Shown here one piece after another: positions 38,158 through 51,494 of a stretch of DNA of 64,000 nucleotides. Location of the stretch: NCBI RefSeq assembly GCF_018350175.1, contig NC_058368.1, positions 31,374,001 through 31,438,000 on the forward strand, in the 5' to 3' direction. Both the position numbers and the translations under genes were made by a program. The notes beneath the pieces were generated by a model. That model was not told where the DNA came from. It saw only the letters and a list, made by a program, of their open reading frames with translations, and made no database searches. The DNA comes from Felis catus. Taxonomy: Eukaryota. Position 1 is the stretch's first letter. Every line of letters begins with the position of its first letter.

Positions 38158-38343
38158 GGGGCACCTGCATGGCTCAGTTGGCTAAGAGTCGTGCTCTTGA
38201 CTTTGGCTCAGATCATGATCTCACAGTTCTCGAGTTCCAGCCCCACATAGGGCTCTGCACTGACAGCATGGACCCTGCTTGGGATTCTCTCTCTCCCTTT
38301 CTGTGCTCATGTTTTACTCTCTCAAAATAAATAATTTTTTTAA
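38158..38343 (+). mobile_element. Can-SINE (older subfamily)
   Basis: ggggcacctgcatggctcag head; TSD agtgagcatttt on both sides. Confidence 0.95.
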
Positions 38344-38487
38344 AGTGAGCATTTTTCAGGATATAAGAGCTAGGTCATATTGACGATTGAAAGAATAGCT
38401 TGATATAAGGCTGAAAAATATACTGGAGAAATATTTGGAAGTTAAAATATTTGAAATGTATTTAGAAATTAAAATATGACATGTATG

Positions 38488-38687
38488 GAGGCATCTGGGT
38501 GGTTCAGACAGGTTAGTGTCCAACTCTTGATTTCAGGTTAGGTCATGATCTAACAGTTCATGAGATCGAGTCCCAAGTCAGACTCTGAACTGAGAGCATG
38601 AAGCCTGCTTGGGATTCTCTCTGCCCCTCTCTGCCCCTTGCCCTTTCTCATATGCTCACACTCTCTTTCAAAATAAACACTTATAAA
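38488..38687 (+). mobile_element. Can-SINE (older subfamily)
   Basis: TSD aaaatatgacatgtatg 38471-38487 / aaaataagacaagtatg 38688-38704. Confidence 0.95.
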
Positions 38688-38819
38688 AAAATAAGACAAG
38701 TATGTAAGTTGGGTACCAGTTGGAACATAAAGGTTTATGAAATTATTGAATTTACTTGACTGTTCCAAGAAAAATGTAATGAAGCCTGAATTACAGTAAA
38801 TGCAATTTCAAAGCATTTT

Positions 38820-39200
38820 TTTCTTTGTTCATTTATTTTTTTTCCTAAATTCTACATATGAGTGAAATCGTATGGTGTTTGTCTTTCTCTGACTGACTTA
38901 TTTCACTTAGCATACCATCTAGATACATCCATGTTGTTGCAAATGGCAAAATCTCATTCTTTTTTATTCTGATTAATATTCCTGTATGTGTGTGTGTGTG
39001 TGTGTATGTGTGTGTACCACATTTTCTTTATTCATTCATCTATTGATGTACATGGGCTGTTTCCCTTGTTTGGCTACTATAAATACTGCTGCAATAAACA
39101 TAGGGGCGCATGTATCTTTTTTAATTAGTGTTTCTTTACTTTGGGTAAAGAGCCAGTTGCAGAATTACTTGAATTGTAAAGTAATTCTATTTTTAATTTA
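38820..39200 (-). mobile_element. Carnivore LINE-1 3' fragment
   Basis: catatgagtgaaatcgtatggtgtttgtctttctctgactgacttatttcacttagcata; collinear with about 17560-17900. Confidence 0.85.
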
Positions 39201-39209
39201 ATTCTTTTT

Positions 39210-42150
39210 ACTTACCTATTTTTGACCACACTCTATGTCACTGTGTGGTTATTTAAGCAGTCCCTTATTGATGTATATATCTTTTCAATTTCTAGTATTG
39301 CTAATCATGCTGAAATAAATAAAACCATACCTCATTTTGTATGAGAATGTAGGTGCACCTGTAGAATATTTTTTCTGAAGTGAACTTTCTGGGTCAAGAA
39401 CAGACGCATTTATAATTTTGATAGATACTGCCAAATTGTTCTCCCAGAGTTGCATCACTTTATACTCTCATTAACAACTATGTGAGAGTGTTGGGATACT
39501 TGGGTGACTCAGTTTGTTAAGCGTCTGACTCTTGGTTTCGGCTCAGGTCATGATCTCAGTTAGTGAGTTCGTGCCCTGCATCAGACCCCACACTGATGGT
39601 GCAGAGCCTGCTTGGGATTCTCTCTCTTCCTCTCTCTCTCTGCCTCTCCCCTGCTAATGTTCTCTATCTTAAATAAATAAACTTAAAAAAGAAAAAAAAC
39701 AAAACAATAATATGTGAGAGTGCTTCTAGTCCCAACCAGCAGAGGGAAGTGACAAACTTTTGGATGCTGCAATCTGAGGGGTAAGAAGTGATTTATCAAT
39801 AAAGTTTTCACTTGCATTTCCCTTACTTTGACTGAGGACAAGTATCTTCTCATAGGTCTTGGAAGTGACGTGCATTGTTTTTTCCAATCTACTGATTCAT
39901 GTCTTTTGTTTATTTTTATTAAATTTTTGCTTCTTCCAATTTTTTTTTTTTTACAAATTCTCCCATATCAAGTAGATTATCCATTTGTCTGCGATTTGAG
40001 ATGTAGATATTTGCAGTGTATTGTTTGCCTTTGCATCTAAAATATTTTTATATAATCAACTTTATCAATTTTTTATTGGATTATAGATTTGTAGTCAGAA
40101 TTCAAAAAAGCTTCCTAGTTTATATTAGAGCATTCTAATATTTTATTCTAGTAACTGAGTGTTTAATATTTGAAACTTCCATACATTTGGAATTTATCCT
40201 GGTATAGTATACCATGTAAAAATTAATCTAATTTCATAATTTTCCATTAAGACTACAGAATTTTCCCACATCACAATAAAGAGTACGGTATTCTACAGCT
40301 CCAAGTTGTCACTTAACAACATTCTCAGATCTTACGTATGTTTCGATCTGTTCTGGGTTTTTCTGTTCTGTTGAATTGGTTGATTGGTTTACATGTACCA
40401 GTACTAGACTGCTTTAGTTAAAGAGGTTTCACAGTTAGTTTTAATAGGGTTCCTGGTCTTTTCCTCTCAGTTTTCCTAGTCATTTTTGGCTGTTTATGCT
40501 ATCCATATGAATTTCCAACTACCTTTTCTAGTTACAGAAAAAGGTTGTTGGCATTTTTTTTTTGAAATCACAATAAGTAGTAACTTAAGAAGTTGACATA
40601 TTTATGTTGAATTTTCCACTCCTAGAACATAGAATGCATATGCATTTGTTCAAGTTTTCTTTTTTGTCCCTCAAAAGTGTTTTAGGATTTTCATCATGTA
40701 ATTATAAATGTTTTATCATAATTTTTCCCTAGATGTTTTAACTCTTTGGTTCCTCTTGAAACTGGTTCTTTTCTCCATCGTCTCTTCTAATTTGTTGTTA
40801 TCATGAAGGCTATTGCTTTTTCACAATCTTATATTCAGCTATGTTGGTATTTTCTTTTAGGTAGAAATTTTCATCGAAATGAGTTTTCAGTATATATTCA
40901 TATCAATTGCCAAATAGTATTCATCTAACTCCTCATTTCTAAATATGATATGTCTAAGTTTTTCTATTGTCCAATATGTTTCAGATATCGCCAGGACAGT
41001 GTTAAAGTATTTGAGGTAGTGGTCATCTTTCTATTTTTCCTGGCTTTAGTGGAAATGCCTCCATTATATCCTCATTATGTGAGATAAGGGCTTTTGTAGA
41101 AAGGGACTTTGGGCTCTAAATAAATATATGTGTGTGCGTGTGTACGTGTTTAATGATAGCTGTCCTTCAACACAATTCTTAGCACACATATTCAGAATGA
41201 GCTTTGAATTTTGTCCAGTGCTTTTTCAGCCTCTTTCACGATGATTTTATATTTTTTCTTAGATTTATTAATACAAATTATTTTACTAATTTATTAGTAT
41301 TGAAAACATGTGTATATCGTGTGGAATATACATGGCTATGCTTCACTATTCTTGAATGTGCTTCTATATTGTTTGTTTATGTTTTATTTCAGAGGATTAC
41401 ATTGATGTTGATAAATTAATATCAGTTTATTTGGTCTTCTTTATGGATGCGTCGTTAATCTTTCTTTCGAATGTTTCACTTGCTTCCCTAATGTCATTTT
41501 TGAGATTTTTTGTCCTTTATATGCTATAGAACACTAAACATTAAGTTAATTATTTGTTACTGGTTTTGCTGAATTCTTTTATGAAAATTGCTGAACCTGT
41601 GACAACGGGTGGTGGGGGAACTTTCTTGGTATTTTTTTATATCTTTCATGGAAATTAGAATAGTTTTGATAAAATTTATTTTTCTTGAAATTTGATATCT
41701 ATTTTTAAATTTTATTTATATATATTTACATATATTTATTTATATAAAGTTGTATAATGTGAACACATTTTAGATATATTTTCCTATATATTTTTGCATT
41801 TTGTTAATTTTATTTTTAAAAAATTTTGATTATGCTAATTTGTGTTAAATATTTTTAATTATTTTTAAAGAACCAAGCTTTTGTTATTTTATGTTATTTG
41901 TTATAATGATTTTTTTTCTTCAACTAATTAAAGAACTTCAACAAGTTCTTTTTATTGTTTTATTCTGGTACAAATTATGATTGTTTTACTATCTTTTAGA
42001 GTTTGATATTTGCCATATTTCATTTCATTATTTAAGTTTATAATTTTTTTCTGTGCACCCTTTTAGCTCTGAATATTGATTCCATAGGTCTGTATATGTT
42101 CAGTTTTCATTGTAATTAATAGAAATGTTGCAAAGTATTTGTTTTAATAA
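39210..42150 (-). mobile_element. Ancient LINE-1 (L1ME-like) ORF2 relic
   Basis: Collinear degenerate antisense ORF2 landmarks, e.g. atccatatgaattt, ttgaattttgtccagtgctttttcagcctct (DAEKAFDKIQ-like), gaattcttttatgaaaattgctgaacctg (GPDGFTAEF-like). Confidence 0.75.
39493..39710 (+). mobile_element. Can-SINE nested in old L1
   Basis: TSD tatgtgagagtg 39479-39490 / 39711-39722. Confidence 0.96.
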
Positions 42151-42371
42151 CATGTATTAATAGCTTGTATTAATCATACATTCGTGTGTCAAAAACTTTG
42201 GAAAATTTTAGTTTTTGCTTCATTATTTATCTAAAGAGTTTTGGTAGAAACATCCCCTAGAAAATTTCTTTGAATTTTTACTTCAATGTTTTCTAGCAAA
42301 ATATTTTCTTTTATATGGAATTTCTATATCTTATTTGGGTTGCAAGTGTAAGTAAAATGTATTTATAACAC

Positions 42372-42480
42372 TACCTTGTTATGTGGCCTTGACAAGCTAG
42401 TGATCCTTCTGCATCTCAGTTTCCTCATTTGCGAATTGGAAATGTTACTAGTAACTATGATATAGGTTACGTGAAAATGA
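42372..42480 (+). mobile_element. MIR core
   Basis: tgtggccttgacaagc...ctgcatctcagtttcctcatttgcgaattgga. Confidence 0.75.
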
Positions 42481-45400
42481 ACACAAACACATACATATTT
42501 ATGTGTATATTCATCCTCTATCCATTCATCTGTGTGTCTATTAGACATATTCATGTGTGTGTCTACATAGACATCTGTGTGTCTAATATCTTCAAAAATA
42601 GCTGACACTTACCAGTCACTAGATAAATGGCCCCGATTATTGTTGCTTCTATTATCATCATCCACAGCATCATTATTGTATTGTCTGTATGTTGATTAAA
42701 ATGTTTTGGCTAACGTTTATTTCCTAACACTTTTGAGTATCTCTATTATTAAGAAAATGATCAAACTGAGTTTATTTGTATTATAATCTATTTTTTTAAC
42801 TGAGATTTCACATTTTCAAAAATTCTTTAGTCATCTGAGCATTTGAATTGCACATTTTAAATTTTAAAGAAGTTTTCTATCTTATATTTTTATTCTTACA
42901 AAACAGTCCTGTAAAGAAATACAAGTCACACTTTCTTCTTCTGAAATTCGATGTTTTTAAGATATGAGTAACTTAGTTGTTTTAATCTCCTTCTGCCAAA
43001 ACTGTCATGGTGCATGAAATCTAGTGTTATAAAATTAACATTTTTCCCAAATGTAAGCTGTTTTGTTTCAAAAGAATTATTTTCCTTGGAAGATTGTTTC
43101 ATAGGCCTAAAACTTAATTTCAGATCAGCAATGTTACTCAGATATATGGCAACATATCAAATATTTCTTCAGACCTTCAGCAAGCCTCCTATTTACAGAT
43201 GGCTCCCTAGGGACTGGTTCTATGAAGTACTGAATAATCTTCAAAAATATGGCAAAGTCACATAGCTACAAAAGTTGAAAAGAAGAAACTTGGCTAAGAA
43301 AAATAACTGGAAAATTTTAGGAGGTAAGAAATTCAGAGGAAGAACACATAACCCCAACGCATGACAGAACGTTTAATTTTTTTTTCCGGTTTTGGATTGC
43401 CTAATTCAGAAATGCATTAAAGGGGAGTGAACTTTATCAAAGTATAATGAAATAATGTTTCAATTTTGAAATTGCTTAGATATGTTTATGTTTTAATAAA
43501 ATAACTTGGGCATTAAAACCAATATCCAAATATTGTAAGCATGATGTGAATGAAACTGGAAAGTCATTTTTATAATGAATTGGTTCTGTGTTTTGAAATT
43601 GCTCTATTAGAATCTAAACCTTGTTTTTTGTGACTATCACAAAATCACAAGGCAGCGATAGATATTTAGGTGAAAATATGGAGTATGTAATAAAAGTAAA
43701 TAAAGATTAAAAAGGGCATGGAAGAAAAGTGATGTTTATAGTAATGAAAAAGAAGTTGTATTGAGCTAAATTGCACATACTGTCAGAAAATTAGACTTAA
43801 AAAACAAGATTAACTGAATAACCTTCTACTCTTTGGTATAACTTGAGCCACAATGATTTAAAAAAACAAAACAGAAACAAAAACAAGGAAACCTCATTTA
43901 TATGTTTTTAAGGTCAACTTGGAAAGAAGTGCTGAGAAATTCACAAAACAATTCTAGCCCTCAAAAATATTAGCTTAAATGATTCGTACTCACATCCATT
44001 TAAATCCCATGACAAAAACGCTCTAGTTGAGAAAACCTATCATTCTCAACCATATGAGTGTAATTATTTCAATGGTATATTGCTTTTAGGGCCAAGTTTT
44101 GTAATAATGTAGATCTCTGAGACCAAAAGACTCACCCAGATATGTGATGCATGTTCCCAGGACATTTCTCTAGGTTCTAAGAAAACAAAGCATCCTAACT
44201 GACATTCATATCTATACTGGTATTATATTTTTAAAGAGATAGTGATACCCTGTGTCCAGAAGAGGGTGGCCTAGAAGGTAACATTTTGCAATAGGACGAA
44301 AAACAAAACAAAACAAAAGCTTTAGAAATGTTTTAAAGTGGGCATTTAAATGTGGCCTTAATAAAGCTCATCAAATAATTTTACATCTCAAGAAGAGAAA
44401 GTGGATATTATATAAATGAAAGGAGATCTTCTTACATAAATGAGAGGAAAATGGAGAGGAGCGATATTTAGTTTGACGCAAGGACCACTAATAAATGTAG
44501 GTAAAAGAAAGTACTGAGTTGTCTGCCTGCAAAAGTTTCAACCAGATGAAGAGTGAATCAGATCCTTATGTTAGGATGAAAGTTGGAATCGATTCTTGCA
44601 TGAATGTATGCGTGCATACATTTATTCATTTGTTTTTTCCTTTCAATGAATAGCATCTGAATCTGATATCTCATTTCCCTTCTGCTCTGTTGATTCTACA
44701 ATTCTTCTAAATATTTTACACAAAGAAGACAAAGTAGCAGTCTGAATCACACTAAAAGCAAAGTAATGAAGTAATTATCTATAGCATTTGCTCTAGGTTA
44801 CTGTTTCTATTTTTTTAATGTTTTAAAATAATTTATGTTTTTAAGAACATTCCTGGAATAAGAACTCTTGTTTTCCTATTTCATGAGAAGCTTTTAAAAT
44901 TCTATGCGAAGTTAGTAATTTTTAAGGAAGCATTAGGATTAACAGTATAAGAATCACTTGAATCAAGTTATTAAATATAGCCTGGGATGCCAAAAGACTG
45001 CAAATTCAATATCTAAAAGAGTATGACCTAAAAAAAATGAGTAGGTAGTGCAATGAGAAATACAATTCCCAAGTTGGCAGAAGGAAATTATTATTACTAT
45101 CATTATTAATTGTTAGAACACTTGATGTCTTTGAAGTAGTTTTCAATCCTTTATTAGTTTTTTTTTCACTCATGACTTCATTTTAAGTGGGTCATTATCA
45201 TTATTTTACCAATGAGAAAACCATCACAGAAGAAGAGTTAATAATTTATTATATCCTACAGCAAATGAGCCACAGAAGAAAGATTTAGGCACTGATTTTA
45301 TTTCCTCTGCTTTTTAAAGCCTCATCTTATTTTGGTTGGTTAGACCCACTGGGTATAACTGATAGAAATAATAATTATTATGTAACATGAAGAAACTTAT

Positions 45401-45759
45401 TTCAACTACGGGTGAATCCACAAAAGGTAAGATACAATCATTCGTGTTTAATTTCTGGAGAATATAGGAGTATTTGGCCACACCATTGTACATAAAATTA
45501 TTCAGGGTGTCACAATGTTTTTGAAAAATTCAAATTAACTGTAAAGTTCAGCTTCCTATCCTTCCAACTAGAATTTTTACCAAGTATGGCCTCAAATTTG
45601 GATTGTGCCTAGATAATAAGGTGGGGAAATGAGAGAGATGCTGAGTGATTACTGACCTACAGGGACTTTTAGCAGATCTACTGATAGTACATGAGTTTTA
45701 CCTTTTTTGTGGAAAACTCGAACTATCCTTAACCATAAGTTCAGGGGTTCACATTGTTA

Positions 45760-45900
45760 ACGTCTCTTTCCCTTGGATTTCCTATTTATAAAATAGAAGA
45801 TGATGGCTGTTTACTATGGTGTTTTTTGTTTGTGAGAACTAGATGAAACAATTCACTTAAAGCACTATGTAGAGTAGCAGATCCATAGTAATTTTTTAAA
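45760..45900 (+). mobile_element. MIR relic
   Basis: tttcctatttataaaatagaagatgatg...gtgagaactagatgaaacaattcacttaaagcact. Confidence 0.6.
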
Positions 45901-45972
45901 CAATTATAATGCATTGTTTTAATCATTATTTTGTGTCCATTTTTAAAATAGAGTTTTTAATAATACATTTTT

Positions 45973-46189
45973 TTTAATTTTTTTTTCAACGTTTATTTAT
46001 TTTTGGGACAGAGAGAGACAGAGCATGAACGGGGGAGGAGCAGAGAGAGAGGGAGACACAGAATCGGAAACAGGCTCCAGGCTCTGAGCCATCAGCCCAG
46101 AGCCCGACGCCGGGCTCGAACTCACGGACCGCGAGATCATGACCTGGCTGAAGTCGGACGCTTAACCGACTGCGCCACCCAGGCGCCCC
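45973..46189 (-). mobile_element. Young SINEC_Fc-type Can-SINE
   Basis: CpGs intact; TSD aataatacattttt 45959-45972 / 46190-46203. Confidence 0.98.
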
Positions 46190-46246
46190 AATAATACATT
46201 TTTAATTGAAACTAGTTTTTCAGTATAAATACAATGGATTATAAGG

Positions 46247-46845
46247 TGTGGTAGGCAGAATTTCCAAAATGGCCCTTCAAAGTTGTACAGACATTATCTT
46301 CAAAACTTGTAAATATATGAGTTATCACTCCTGCGACCACCTTACATTATGTGGCTTAGCTGACTTTAAGATAAGACACTTATTTGGGATTACCTGGGCC
46401 AGCCATGTGATCACAAGAAGGCTCAAAAGCAGAGAGTTTCCTCTGGCTGATATCAGAAGTCAGAAAAATTTGAAGTGCGAGGAGAACTTAGTGTGCCCTT
46501 GCTGCTTTGAATATGGAAGGGCTGGTAGGAAGAAAGGTGGGCATTAAGTCTAAGGGTAGAAAGCAGACCCTAGCTGATTATCAGCGAGCAAACAGGGACC
46601 TTAGTCCTACAATTGCAAGGAACTGAAATTTACCAACCTGAATAAACTCAGAAATGGATTCTTTCTTGAGCCTCCAGATAATAACAGCCTCATTTAATCA
46701 TATTGCTTTAAATCTTGTAATACCTGGAATGGATTACCCAGTTGACCCAAAGTCTGGATTACCCAGACTTCTGACCCAAAGAAACTGTGAGGAAATAAAT
46801 GTGTCATCTTAAATTGCTAAGTGTGTGGGACTATGCCACAGCATC
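46247..46845 (+). mobile_element. ERVL-MaLR solo LTR (MLT1D/E-like)
   Basis: tgtggtaggcagaatttccaaaatggccc start; gggaccttagtcctacaattgcaaggaactgaa; aataaatgtgtc...gctaagtgtgtgg end. Confidence 0.8.
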
Positions 46846-47578
46846 CTGCGTTATTGTATTAACATACAACTTTTTTTAACACCAAAAAACCCCTACAGAA
46901 CAAATAGATTTAATATAAATATTAATTAATATTAATATAAATATAAATAATTTACTAATTGGATGTGAACAACATTCATCTAAGTTTAATAATATTAGAT
47001 TTTAGAGTGCAAGGAGACTTTAAGGAACATATAGTATAGGATGATGAAAATGCATCCACAAAAAATAAATAATTTGCCTTGGCGTTGTGATTTCCATCTG
47101 TGGGATCTATTACCATAAGCTGTTAAAGAGTTATTGAGAGGGATCTGCAATATATAGCTATCAAATGTCATTAATAGATGAAAAAATTATATTCTATATC
47201 TATTCATAGATGTTCTTTCTATATTTATATACAATGTACCAAGTGAGTTCATTGTATATTTTAAACGATCATATTCTTGATCAGCCCCTGCTGAATATGT
47301 GCAGCACACATGTAGGGTGAAAGCTCACAGCTACAAACTTGAGCCCTGCCTTGGGCCACATATGGACTGTTCATTTAGAGGCATAATTAGAATTCTAGAT
47401 CACTTGACTCCAAAGTCCCATACATTTTACTGTAGTCCACTATACTACAGAACCTCTTTTTGTCCATATTCTATCTTACAGGGCAGAAGTGATGGCTTTT
47501 CCCTCTGCTTAATAAAGCATTGTGATTGACTAGGAACACCCTGTTCCTCTTCTTAGAGATGCTATTGATTATTGATTA

Positions 47579-48086
47579 TGGTCAAAGCAAAAACTGGACC
47601 AGGCAAAGTTAAACAGCACAGAAGACTTTATTTAAGTCTAGGAGAGAGATTGAACTCAATTCTATAACACCAACGAAGAGTAGAATTTGAAAAGATTGGA
47701 GGGGGGGTGGGTGAGTTGTAGGCTGTCTGTATTTACCCTGTTGGCTTTTTTCAAAGAAATAAGAAACTTTTCATAGTTTTCTGATAGGAAGTAATTTTAC
47801 AATTTGTAGAAAAACACCCTCAGAAGTTGCACTCTGTCCTCTCACAGAGACTGGGAGATAGGGACACTATCTTCCTTGATGATTCACGTCTTTGAGAAAG
47901 TCATTGATGAATTGTAAAAGTCACAAAAGGCTCTCAAAAATATTTACATCTCAGAAGGGTACAGAAAGAATTTTCAAGTTTGTAAAATGGAATATTCTAG
48001 TAACAAGGGATTAGGCAACTTGAGTCAGTTGGGAGAGTGTCTTCAGCTTGGTCAAGCTGAGATGAACATTAAGACCATCTCGATCA
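47579..48086 (-). mobile_element. ERV1 solo LTR (MER31-like)
   Basis: Reverse complement begins tgatcgagatggtcttaatgttcatctcagcttgacc and ends gtttaactttgcctggtccagtttttgctttgacca, with an aataaa near its 3' end. Confidence 0.65.
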
Positions 48087-48436
48087 CTGTGATCATGTTT
48101 GACCCACTCTGCCTTTTCAAAATACTTAATTTTTTTAAAAAAATAGGTGTACATAAGTAATGCAGTTTTGCAAGCACCAAATTAGACAGGCAATGAAAAT
48201 TTTAACAATAGACAAAATAGTGGGACACGATGTTAGTAATAATTTTAAAATCTTTCTAATTTGGAATCAGGCAATTTTTCTGCAAATGCTTTCTTTACAT
48301 AAGAATTATGGTAAGACAAAAAGCACAAAAAACTTGTCCTTATAACAAGTCCCTCCCCCCCACCCCCACTCTGCCCAGGATAAGGTGTTTTAGTTTCTTT
48401 CTTTTTTTTTCTCAATATTTAAGAATAAAATCTGGA

Positions 48437-48458
48437 TTTTTTTAATTCATTTATTCAT

Positions 48459-48492
<34 letters not shown>

Positions 48493-48647
48493 TGCAAGAG
48501 CAGGGAAGAGGTGGAGAGAGAAATCCAAGCAGAATCCTCACTGTCAGTACAAAGCCAGAAGCAGGGCTTGAAATCGGGACTGAAGAGATCATGACCTAAA
48601 CTGAAACCAAGAGTCAAACACTTACCCAACTAGGCCACCCAGGTGCT
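48437..48647 (-). mobile_element. Can-SINE (older subfamily)
   Basis: Poly-T, (GA)n, body ending ggccacccaggtgctc. Confidence 0.94.
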
Positions 48648-49029
48648 CTGAGATCTAGAATATTTTTATATTTATTCCATGGTAAGATTACAGAAAGGAA
48701 ATCCAATATTAGTTTCAGATGGTTTAGGGAGTACCATTTTTACTGACTTGATTTTTCTAAAATTTAAACAAAAGAACCTTAAAATCTAGAAAGCAAAAAT
48801 GAACCAGATGAGGGGAGACAATATAATCAAATACAACATAGAGAGCTTTACCTTAGGCCTGATTATCTCCAGAGAGACTGAGTAAAGATTTGTACCATGG
48901 TCTTTCCTCAATCCAAATTATCTGATTAATTACTTTACAATATTTTGCCATGAGGTACAATTACTTTACAATAATTGTCATAAACTTCTAATTTGAGTCA
49001 CCAGATAAAAGGGTGAACAGGTTTGTTTC

Positions 49030-49215
49030 CAGTCCCAGTATTGCCTCTAGCTAACATTAAGTCACTAGACCACTTCAGACCTTAAGTTCTTTGTTTGTAA
49101 AATGGAAGTAATAATAATTATATCATGTTTGTCTTGATGATTGAATGAGGTGATGTTTTTAATTGCTTAGAATTATGCCACTGTATATTAAGTATTCATT
49201 GTTAACAATTATTAT
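49030..49215 (+). mobile_element. MIR relic
   Basis: agtcccagtattgcctctagcta...ttctttgtttgtaaaatggaagtaataata...gattgaatgag. Confidence 0.6.
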
Positions 49216-50789
49216 TTGAAAACCTTAACATTATGGCTTTCAGTGAATAACCATAGAGTAATCATAGGGTCTTAGCCAAAGCATACATCCTCTTTCCAAC
49301 TTCTGCTGCCATCCTCTTCCTCCTATATACTCCCAGTCTCAGCTAGAGGACACCTAGCTGAGGCTAGGAGTATTGTCACCTCTAGGACAATTATGGGCAC
49401 TATTTCACAGGACTGTGCTTTCCATTCTAACTCTAGTTTCCAAAAATTGTTTCTTAAAATCTGCCTGCCTGTCATAGTTATGCGATCCATTTCTTGGTCT
49501 GAGTCTATAAAAAGCAGATACACAGTAGGTTAATTTGAAATATATTTGCACTGTTTGACAAATTCATGTTTATAAACATAAACTCTGTTTAGAATGACTA
49601 GGCAAGATAACAAAAATTTTAAAAACTAAACTTCATATCCAACCTTTGCCTGCTGTCATAGTATTCAACATGGTGATGTTTAGCCACACAATGTCACCCC
49701 AGATTCACTAAGGTGGTTGGCAAGTCCTGCAGTGATGATTGGATGTTGATGTGTCAGATCCCCAAGCACAGGGATTTTATTTTAGAGATATGACAGAAAG
49801 TGATGAATGTCAAAATGTTACAAAGGCAATGTCATTGTTCCATATGGCTCAGAAGAGTTTCTTTCAGAATCCCAGCAGCATCCAATGCTGTCCCTACCAG
49901 CCACCACCTACCAACTTTTGACTTGGACAGTGGGAATAGCAAAGTCATCAAAAACTATGCTTCTTTGATTTGCTGAAAGACAGCAAGAGAATAAGCTCCT
50001 ACTTAGAATTATCATGTGCTTTGTGCATAGGAAAAAACTGCAAGACTGTTTATGTCACTGTGCTTGCAGTTGCTAAAGAGAACATACTTGATAAGCTTCA
50101 AATAGAGAAGAAACTCATACAGAATGAGAGGTCCAAACTTGGTGACTTTGCCTGTATTTTTCACTTCATTCCATCTTTGTGACCTTGATAATTCATGGTC
50201 TACTTTTTTTTACCATTAAAATAACTTTGGTAACATTTTCTTCAAAACATAGAACTTCATCTGCTCAAGATGAACTCACTATAGCATCACCATCCCCTAA
50301 ATCTTTATAGTTGCAATTCTTTCGGACTCTTTACTTATATAACTCCCTTCTCCTCCCTCTCCAGGCAATCATCCTAGGCTTTTTTGGTTGCTTGTCCCAC
50401 AGTGTCCTTGGTTTCTTCAGTGTACCTGGAACCCTATTAGGTATGTTTATGCATTCATTAGATTTCCTTAATAACAGTTATAGAAAATGTGATGATTTTG
50501 TTAATTCCTGTCTTTGCTACTAAATTTCAGTCTTTGAAAGTTTGGACTTCACCTGAGGTTTTAATTCATTGTATCTTCAGTACCTACCAAAGTCTGAGGT
50601 GTGGAAATAAATGTTTCTGCCTATTCCCAGCCTCTATTCTCCCACAGGAAGAAGAATCACTGTGTTACTTGAATCTATGAGTCATGTATTGTTTTCATAG
50701 CTCACATTAACCGAGCACTCATTGTGTGGCAAGCCTGTGTTATGACATACTTAATTTCCTGCCCTTTATATCCTAGTACTTTAGAAATT

Positions 50790-50990
50790 AAGAACTAGAA
50801 TCTGGATTTTAATGCTGTTTCCACCACTTATGGGCTGTATATCCTAGAGCAAATTGCTGCACCACCAAGTTCTTCAGCTTTTTCATATGGAAAATAGAGA
50901 TAATGATAACTAAATCAGATACTTGTTGTAAAACTTAAGTAAGTAATACACATGTTATAACAATATAATATCAACACTTAAGAAATGTTA
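50790..50990 (+). mobile_element. MIR relic
   Basis: ccaccacttatgggctgtatatcctagagcaaattgc...cagctttttcatatggaaaatagagataatga. Confidence 0.6.
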
Positions 50991-51014
50991 GTTTTAAAAA
51001 AATATATTATTATT

Positions 51015-51236
51015 GGGGCGCCTGGGTGGCGCAGTCGGTTAAGCGTCCGACTTCAGCCAGGTCACGATCTCGCGGTCCGTGAGTTCGAGCCCCGCGTCAG
51101 GCTCTGGGCTGATGGCTCGGAGCCTGGAGCCTGTTTCCGATTCTGTGTCTCCCTCTCTCTCTGCCCCTCGCCCGTTCATGCTCTGTCTCTCTCTGTCCCA
51201 AAAATAAATAAAAACGTTGAAAAAAAATTAAAAAAA
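51015..51236 (+). mobile_element. Young SINEC_Fc-type Can-SINE
   Basis: ggggcgcctgggtggcgcagtcggttaagcgtccgacttcagccaggtcacgatctcgcgg; CpGs intact; atatattattatt on both flanks. Confidence 0.98.
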
Positions 51237-51494
51237 TATATATTATTATTAATAAACCTAACATGTTAAGGGCACTGTGATAGATCCTGGGTATAGAATA
51301 AGAATAATGTATAGTCTCACACTTAATTTTGCCATATAGTTTAATAAAAATAAAATATAATGAAAGTGTTTTATGTACTGAAATAAAAATCTATACAAAG
51401 GACCATGGAGAACAAAGAAGTGAAAAATTAAGGATCCAGTTTTACACAGGAATTTCTCATTTTTGTTGCATTTCATATCCGCCTTTTAAAATTA

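Noticed and set aside
44600..44630. Palindrome aatgtatgc-gt-gcatacatt
   Set aside because: Short, low-complexity arms; not distinguishable from chance.
46908..46950. AT-only palindromes
   Set aside because: Low complexity makes self-complementarity trivial.
51015..51090. tRNA gene (A/B-box-like head)
   Set aside because: It is the tRNA-derived 5' part of a Can-SINE, continuing into the SINE body, CT tract and A-tail; the same applies to the other copies.
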